Shown in pieces: positions 55,854 through 64,000 of a DNA stretch of 64,000 nt. The notes under the pieces are model-generated. The model was given only the letters and a program-made list of their open reading frames with translations, made no database searches and was not told the DNA's origin. The stretch comes from Eledone cirrhosa. Lineage: Eukaryota. Position numbers and translations under genes: made by a program. The stretch is taken from assembly GCA_964016885.1 (NCBI GenBank), contig OZ024743.1, positions 204,290,001 through 204,354,000 on the forward strand. The letters are read 5' to 3'. The first letter of the stretch is position 1. Every line of letters starts with the position of its first letter.

Positions 55854-55996
55854 CTGAAATAGAATTATCCAAAATTAAGATCTAAGCAATTATTTTGCAA
55901 CAATTTCTTCGTGTGTGTGTGTATGTGTGTGTGCGTGTGTGTTTGTATGCGTATGCATGTATATGTGGTGTTTGTTTGTGAATGTGTGTGTATGTG

Positions 55997-56106
<110 letters not shown>

Positions 56107-56129
56107 CCAGCAGAGATGTTGAATGGATG

Positions 56130-56990
56130 AGATTATGTCTACATCTGAGACCCTCATTACTATGTCATAAAGGTATGGAATTAATGTATATGTGTCAAAA
56201 TTGTAAGGATGCTAACGTCTTCTCTATCTACAAAAAGAGAGATAAATCAATTTGTTTTAATACAAGGGTACATCACTCCTGTCCGCTGATTTGAAGAATC
56301 CGTAGAGGTGATGCTCAAATGATTAATTCATCAACGAGAGAACAACACACCAATCCTAAGGGGTGGCTTTTGCAAAAAAAAAACAAAGTAAAAGCATATG
56401 AAATTTAGATCCCCAACCTCTAAATCAGAATGTGTGTGATTCGAGTTACTGGAGAGGAACAAAGGTTTGAGCACTTCCATCTAGACACAAGAGTCAAGAA
56501 ATTGCCTCTTGTTCTATTTAATATCACCGTAATCTTTATGATCACACTGTTTACACGGAAGAACAAAAAGGGAGGTGGAAGTACCATTAACTTTCCGACA
56601 CCACAAGAGTATTTTCAATACCAAAAGGTTGTAAGTCCTAGCACAAATCGGAACAAATCATTGAACAGCAGTCTGTGCTCCGATTTCTCACAATCTAAAA
56701 TGTGTGGGGGACGAAATTTTGACAGTCGTTCCAGATTAGAAAAAAATGCACATGTCGATTAACGTCCAGGAAACTGAGGTCATCTATCAATGGGGCCGCA
56801 ATGCACTTTATGTTCAGCACTTCCTCAGTATAACAGAAGCAATGGTTCACACCCTTTCCAAATTAGATATATTGGCACTATTATTTCTAACAGCTGCACA
56901 CGATACGCAAAAATTCTAAGCCGCCTAGGAAAGCTCAGAAATAGAGTGTTTCGAAACAAAAGATGAGGCTTATTCGATTGGTCTGTCTGT
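56130..56990 (+). mobile_element. Very degenerate RTE-like LINE fragment
   Basis: KDANVFSIYKKRDKSICFN resembles the RTE pre-RT motif; the rest is decayed. Confidence 0.45.
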
Positions 56991-57199
56991 TTAGTGTTAA
57001 CCTTGATAGGACACCATCTCTTGGTTCCGTGATATGAGACTGCGTTCGTATTGTGATTGAAAAATACATTTGTTCTTAGGGAAAATCTGGCTTGTCGACG
57101 AAAATGAACTAACCACTATTTTCCGGGGGACTTTCGGTCGAGGGCCATGGATACCATCCTGAAATCCCAGGCAGGGCAGTACTACCGAAACAAACTTTA

Positions 57200-57595
57200 C
57201 AGGCGGTTGGCAGTATCGGTAGAGGGTCGGACGCCAGGCTTTCCAGCACCTTAGGACTGAGTTCAAGTCCCGCCGAGGTTAAATTTTCCTTTCATCCTTA
57301 CAGGGTCGATAAAATAAAGCACCAGTAACGTACTGGGGTCGATTTAAACGACTCCCCCACCCCTCCAAAAACATTACTGGCCTTGTGCCTATACTAGAAA
57401 TCGTTATTAGGGTGGGGAATTGAGAAAAGCGTTTGCACATCGGATAAATGTTTTGGAATATTTAGTTACGGCCCCCTTCGTTCTGAATTCAAATCCTACC
57501 ATAGTCAAATTTGCTTTTCATCCTTTCATTATGGCCTGAAGTCAATGTAATCGACTTTCTCCTCCCCTCAAATTGTTGACATTGTGCCTAAATTA
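57200..57595 (+). mobile_element. Two tandem tRNA-derived SINEs
   Basis: A/B boxes and core twice (57200-57410, 57410-57595). Confidence 0.8.
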
Positions 57596-57659
57596 ATATA
57601 TCAATGTTGTTGATGATGGCTTAATCAAACAGATCTGTAGGACCACACTGAAATCATGA

Positions 57660-58570
57660 GACGTTAAGAGGCACTATTTCTTCACCCACTTATTCCTGGG
57701 GCAGGGTCCACAAACACTCCTTCCAGTGGGTCTTCTCAGCAGCAACGGTCTCCAACTGATCCAGCTCGACCCCCAAGCAAGACCATTTACATGTAGAGTG
57801 CACTGCGCAGGCTTCCTTGAGAAGACGAGCGTCACAGTTTTCGCAACACTGATTTTCATTCCATCTATGCTGCACTCGGCATCAAACCTATTAAGTGCAA
57901 GTCGGAAATTACCTTCTGTCGAGTTAAGTAACACCATGTCCTCTGCAAATTCCAGTCGACTGATTTTACACCCGATTTTACACTTCCAAACCAACTGCGC
58001 ATGCCAATCCTGATCATGTAAATAATGAATAGATGTGACAGTACGCACCCTTGGTGGAGTCAGACTCCCATATTGGATGGTTTCGATTTAGCACCATTTA
58101 TCCGAACACAAATACTTGGGCATTCGCATAGAGACATTAAGCAGCAAGGAGCAGACCATCGCTCCCATATTCCTGCAGAACAATCCACGGCAGATCCCGA
58201 GGGACGCGGTCATATGTCTTTTCAAGGTGACAAAATAAGAATATACCTCTTGGCAATACTCCCACGATTTCTCGAAGACCTACTGCAGTGTGAATTTTTG
58301 GTCGGCTATGCTGTGTCCATGGCGAAAACAACACTGTTCATCAGCTAGCTTGGACTCGATAGTCTCTTTGCATCTCTTTGCCTGACACTCAGCATCGACT
58401 TTACCGGGGAGGCTTAACAAGGAGATCCCTCTTAAATTGGAACAATCTCTTGTCTCCCTTTTTGAAAATTGGGAATATTACTCGAGATTGCCATTGTTAA
58501 GGTGCCTTATCAGAGATCCAGGCCACCCGGCACACACGGGTCAGCCTGAGAATAAATTCTCTATTTCAGG
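57660..58570 (-). mobile_element. RTE(BovB-like) LINE RT fragment with 3' end
   Basis: RGISLLSLPGKV, LEKTYDRVPRDL, RLEFAEDMVLL, GMKISVAKT. Confidence 0.75.
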
Positions 58571-58764
58571 CGTTTAACAATTGAATATTTAGAAATCATA
58601 CGAAACACCAACGATTTCCTCGTTTCTATAACATGTATCTAGCCGAATCAAATTAGCAAAGACTATCTATCGTCAATCCACACGAATTCATAGGTTTTAA
58701 TTTTACATATATTAAATTATATCATTCGTTAGCATTTACAGTGATGTTATTCTGAGAGCGTGGG

Positions 58765-58930
58765 TACAGCATGGCCGAGTAGTTAAGAAGTTCGGTTCAC
58801 AATCATTACGTTCCGGGTTCGATCACACGGCGTGCCATCTTGAGCAAGCCTAATTTTCTATAGCCACAAGTTAATCCAATCCTTAAGAGTAGAATTGAGA
58901 AGGAGAAACCTACTTGGAATCTCGTCAGAT
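58765..58930 (+). mobile_element. Second tRNA-derived SINE family, degenerate
   Basis: A box TGGCCGAGTAG, B box GGGTTCGATC, then cttgagcaag. Confidence 0.55.
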
Positions 58931-59185
58931 GGACTGCAGCCGCATTTCAGAGGGCCAGCTTTTTTCGCATTGTCCCGCGCTAAATCTCCCTAGAATTTCG
59001 TTAACTTCCCAGACATGCTGTTCCTTTGATCTAGCAGCAAGAACACTCATCAACGAAATAGACGGAGGTTCATTCGCTTCCATTTTAAGAGCAGCGCTTA
59101 TGAGAGTTTACGAACCGCGACAACATCTTTTCTAGTTAAAATACCCAGCATTTCCCCAGAACAAAAGAAAAATCTATATGTTTAC

Positions 59186-59337
59186 CTTCCTTGTGTTTAC
59201 ATAGTTCATTGTTAATGTCATCAAATATATTGAGATTTATTCCATTAAGAAATGTCGTCTCAGAAAAATTTGTGCATGCTTTCATTACATTGCGTTGGCA
59301 ATCAAGAACCCTTTGTTTGTTGTGATTTTGGTTGGCA
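59186..59337 (-). CDS. Internal exon of host Cys-rich protein gene
   Basis: tttgtttctag|...|gtaaac, 152 bp, phase 2 to 1; ANQNHNKQRVLDCQRNVMKACTNFSETTFLNGINLNIFDDINNELCKHKE. Confidence 0.78.
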
Positions 59338-59480
59338 CTAGAAACAAAAACAAAGTTAGACAGATATACACATGGCTTTACATGAATTTGGTTTTAGTAT
59401 ACTTCATACATGATGTATGTTAGTAGCCTATGTAAAGTAAAACACCGAAGGAAACACTAATCAAATTGATTGAATATTAT

Positions 59481-59520
<40 letters not shown>

Positions 59521-59561
59521 ATAATATTAATAAATGGAAACTATCTTTATAAAACCATATT

Positions 59562-59623
59562 TATTTTATTATATATATTTCAAGGGTACCAACATTTTTG
59601 GTACGCCCTCATCAGACAAAATA
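59562..59623 (-). ncRNA. Type I hammerhead ribozyme
   Basis: UAUUUUGU-CUGAUGA-GGGCGUACCAA(aaaug)UUGGUACCCUU-GAAA-UAUAUA-UA^AUAAAAUA. Confidence 0.82.
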
Positions 59624-60655
59624 CAAAAGTTGTTTTACAGATAGTGACATATTCAAAACTAGAACTTGGCGTTTTCAGTTCTGTTTGAATAGTGAAGGAG
59701 AACTTCGAATCATAGAATGAATATGCTAATGAGGATAACTTTAAAATTGAAAAAGATCTTTATGTTTAGACGCTAGGTAAATTTAAATAACTATTAGGAT
59801 TATTTTTTAAAGGAAGAGGAAATAGAGGTTATTCCCGCCGAGGTTAACTTTGCCTTTCATCCTTATGGAGTTGATAAAATAAAGTACCAGTAATGCACTG
59901 GGTATTTGCTGGCCTTGTGCCAAAAAGTAGAAACAATTATTAGGGTGGAAGAAATTTAAGGAAAGAATATAAGAAAAATATATATATTATAGTTAACAAT
60001 AGACTATTATATGAATATGTTATATACATATATTCATATTAATAGTCTATAATAATAGGCTATTAATATGAAAATATGTATATAATATATTCATATTAAT
60101 AGTCTATTATTAACTATAATATATATTTTTCAAACAGAACTGAAAACGGTAAGTTCTAGTTTTGAATATGTCACTATCTGTATATGTCACTATCTAATTT
60201 GTATTAACTTTTTTTCATTTCATTTACGTTTACCTACACATATTTGTGTGTTGTATTCGTTTATTGCAATTTTCCTGTTCCATATCGGTATGCAGATATT
60301 TCTTCATGTTTATTTGTCCAACGTCCTTTGTGTTTTCATCCCGAATAGATATCTTCCTTCAGATACTATTGATGCACTGGTGGTGAATATTCCTGTCTTT
60401 GGTATTATCCGAAATCCGAATGATCCGCAGAGCAGGAATCGTTTTCTGTGAATTTCGGTGATTTGAAATTCGAGAATGTGGGAATCACAAACACGGAAAA
60501 TACCTCTAGAGGACCAGCCATCACTATGGAGAATCGAGCTCCTTATCTCTCGAGATTTGTCTGCAATTTCTGCAAAATAACAGTGATATTCTACCATATC
60601 TGCCAATTTTCTAGACTTCATAGGTTATAAGTTAGTGGCAAATATATCAGCTTAC

Positions 60656-60791
60656 CTGCAAATGATACCAAGTGTCTTGGATAAGACGGTAAAATTAGAT
60701 GAATTTTCAAAGTAAGTGATGCAACCGATATAGTCTTTCTCCGCTTGAATCTCACACCCATAGCTTGTTGGCGTACACAGCAATGCAGTAA
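60656..60791 (-). CDS. Upstream internal exon of host Cys-rich protein gene
   Basis: ttgtattccag|...|gtaagc, 136 bp, phase 1 to 2; TALLCTPTSYGCEIQAEKDYIGCITYFENSSNFTVLSKTLGIIC. Confidence 0.7.
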
Positions 60792-61999
60792 CTGGAATAC
60801 AAAAATGTTTAAACAATTACACAAATTATTTATTATATCTCGTATTTCTGTATATACAGGATGTCCCCAAAAAATGTATACATGCTTTGATTCTCTGTAG
60901 AGTGTATATAATAAGAACAAAGTGGAGGTGTTACATATGAGACTCATTGTTCAACCCGACTACAAATGTTTCTCAGGCAGCCGGCTCGTAATATAAATAT
61001 TATATGAAGGCGCTTCGCTGACCGGGCGATGCGTTATGTCCTTGTTGAGCAAGACACTTTATTTCACGTTGTTCCTTCTGCGTGGAGTTGCGACCGACAA
61101 ATAGTATTAGCAATTGGAAAGACCAATGGAAACATTGTTTACTCGGTCCGATTTAACGATCTCCACTCCACTCGTTAAGTGAATGAGGATCTTGTCGATC
61201 GACTATCGATATATATTATGTATGTTGAGTGGAAGTTCTTTTATAAGGTGGTGTTATAGACACACTAAACATGCAATTAATAAAGTACCTATACTACCCT
61301 GATTGTTCACTTGCTTGCTTTTTCTTACGAACAAGTCATTCTCATACAAAGTAAAGTCTTGAATGCTTCGTGAAATAGAACTACATATATTTATTCATGA
61401 TTAACAGTTTTTTTTTGTGTGTGTTTAAACCTTGTGATTTTCCCATAGCTTGTAAAGCATTGAGAAGAAGCTAGAGGGAAAACGTTTCAGAGAAAAAAGT
61501 AACATAAAATAAGGAGAAAAATGTTGGAAAAAGAGAGGATGAAAAAGAAAATAAATAAAGAAAGAATGGTGAGAGAAGATTCGCAGTTAAATGAAGAGAG
61601 ATACGTGTTTCTTGGGGAAAAAACACAGTGAAATTCATGGCCTAAATAGTTATTTCAAAAGAATTTGGCTTTGAAAATGCTTTTATATGTAGAATCTGGC
61701 TGGCATTTAATAAGCGAAAGCGACACATTGAAGGTGACGTGGTAGATACCCAGATAAACATCTGGTCATTGTTTGATTGAGTTGAATTTAAATGAAAGTA
61801 GGTTAAAGTATGGGATTGAATAGGGTTTCGTACAGAACTTCTAGTAACACAAACGACGTTATTATTAAATTGATAAGTCATTAATTAAAAATTATTATTA
61901 TACATTACTGTGACACAAACTGTATTACGGTAGTGGTATGAAGGCTAAATCGGCCACTAATTACTTATGGAGACGTAGTGGCCCCGTTTTCTTGAGTAG

Positions 62000-62536
62000 T
62001 ATAGTATTTGAACTCGGATACAGAGGAGCACAATATCTGACGTTCTAACGACTCTGCGAGTTCTCCGCCTATGGAGTATAAGAATAATTGCTTCTACTTT
62101 TGGAGCAAGGCCAGCATTTTGAAGGGAAGGAACACTCCTATTAATTTGTACCCCAGTACGTTACTGGTACTTTATTTTATCGACCACGTAAGGATGAACG
62201 TCAAAGCTAACTTCGACGGGATTCCAACGCAGTACGTAAAGATATGTAACTATATGTTACGAGGCATGGTGTCCGATGCTCTGCCAATCCACCGCCCTAG
62301 AGAATATAAGAAGAATTGTTTCTACATTTGGCACAAGGCCAACAATTTGGAGGGAAGGGGGAAAGTGGACTAAATCGACTCCAGTGCGTTACTGGTACTT
62401 TATTTTATCGACGCCGTAAGGATGAAAGGCAAAGCTAATCTCGGTGGGATTTTAAGTTAGAACCTAAAGGGTCATAACTAAATACTGCAAAGCATTTTGT
62501 CCGACGCTGTACCGATTCTGCCAATCCTCCGCCCTA
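62000..62536 (-). mobile_element. Cluster of tRNA-derived SINEs
   Basis: Two full antisense copies (~62085-62297, ~62313-62536) and a head fragment. Confidence 0.82.
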
Positions 62537-62823
62537 GGGAATGTAAAAATAATAGGAAATGCACTAATTCTTGGGGGTTGAGAGGTGTAAGAGATAAATA
62601 CTTGAACACTTAACTTATCTCTACAAGCTGTAATCTGAATGTATATTCATATGAATACTTAGGCATACGTAAAAGATGTCTGTCTGCGAAGTCGTGTGGT
62701 GTAGTGAATAGATATATTTCTGAAAGGAAATCATAATCAACCCTTGGTGACCATCTTTATTTTTATTTTTATAATGACAGGCTGAATGAGTTGGGGTCCA
62801 GAACCCAATGAAACCTAAGTACC

Positions 62824-63248
62824 TGTAGCAAGAGTTGCCTCCCTTGTTGTGACGATCACATCACCAATAGATATAGGATCTCAAGTCGGAAGTCACAAAA
62901 AGGGTTCTGCCACCCCAACGGGAAGTAACTCCAGCTACTTCCTGTCTAGAGAGCGTTAATCTATTGGTGATGTGATCGTCACAATAAGGGATGCAACTCT
63001 TGCTACATTATCCCGTTGGGGTGGCAAAGAGTAGAGACTCGGCGAACGCGCCTGGCCGAAGGCCAGCAGCCGATAGGGCAAATGAGAGAGAGATCGCTCT
63101 GAGTATCCCTTGTATAGGGTCTCAAGACGGTAGTGACAAAAAGGGTTCTGCTACTCCAACGGGAAGTAACTCCAGCTACTTCCTGTCTAGAGAACGTTAA
63201 TCTATTGGTGATGTGATCGTCACAACAAGGGAGGTAACTCTTGCTACA
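62824..63248. repeat. Small element with ~49-bp inverted repeats and 240-bp internal duplication
   Basis: tgtagcaagagttgc...caatagat (62824-62872) is inverted at 62959-63007 and 63200-63248. Confidence 0.8.
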
Positions 63249-63378
63249 TACGTGTTTATGTCACTGTTGTAATTATTTATACTAAACTCGTCCTATGGAC
63301 TGAGTGCTCTTACTCTTGGATATTTCTACCAAACTTTTACTGCAGTGTATATATATATATTTATATATATACATACAC

Positions 63379-63509
<131 letters not shown>

Positions 63510-63691
63510 CTCCCCCTCCCCCTGACACACACATATAGTGTATGTATGTATACATATATAAATATATATACACTGCAGTAAAAGCATGTGTGTGTGCACC
63601 ACCCCTCACGCCCTCACATGCACACACACATATAGTGTATGTATATATATATATAAATATATATATATATACACTACAGTAAAAGCATATA

Positions 63692-63753
<62 letters not shown>

Positions 63754-64000
63754 GAGATAATGGCTGCATCTCGATTTCAAGAATTGCCACCTCACATACA
63801 TAAGTGGCACGAACATGACACTTTATCCCTGCCAAGGATTTAAATTCCTTTCTGAATATACTGCAGTGATGTGATGAACATTACTTTCTCTTTGGTTCAC
63901 TGTTTTGTTTTGGTGAATTTTCAAATGACTTTGGGGTCCAGCGGCCGAGGCATATTGTTTTCCACACTTCCGACAGGAAGAAATACCAAAGAGACCATAA

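Noticed and set aside
60310-60761. Alternative spliced ORF MGVRFKRR...SFA|EIADKS...LDK
   Set aside because: Open across the short intron but without recognisable features and incompatible with the downstream Cys-patterned exons; less likely than the chosen frame.

Overview
AT-rich, microsatellite-dense animal DNA. The repeat profile (Dong/R4, Tx1, Penelope, tRNA-derived SINEs) suggests a cephalopod such as Octopus, but this is inference. Contents: six Penelope-like retroelement remnants, each ending in a type I hammerhead ribozyme motif next to (TA)n; a ~17 kb nest of Dong/R4-like and Tx1-like LINEs stacked in (TAA)n; two non-autonomous Helitrons; many SINEs; and a four-exon (visible part) minus-strand gene for a Cys-rich, probably GPI-anchored protein that the ORF track does not assemble. 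The main finding is a 6.7 kb array (43564-50294) of a 469-bp non-coding, hairpin-rich unit, each carrying a minimal type I hammerhead with a palindromic stem III (15 copies). It has a fold-back inversion, a trimeric higher-order repeat in register with intact versus core-mutated ribozymes, and (TA)n flanks. It looks like a retrozyme/circular-RNA system, and it sits sense-oriented inside the host gene's 19.4 kb intron. All structures were read by eye; no folding or database search was run.
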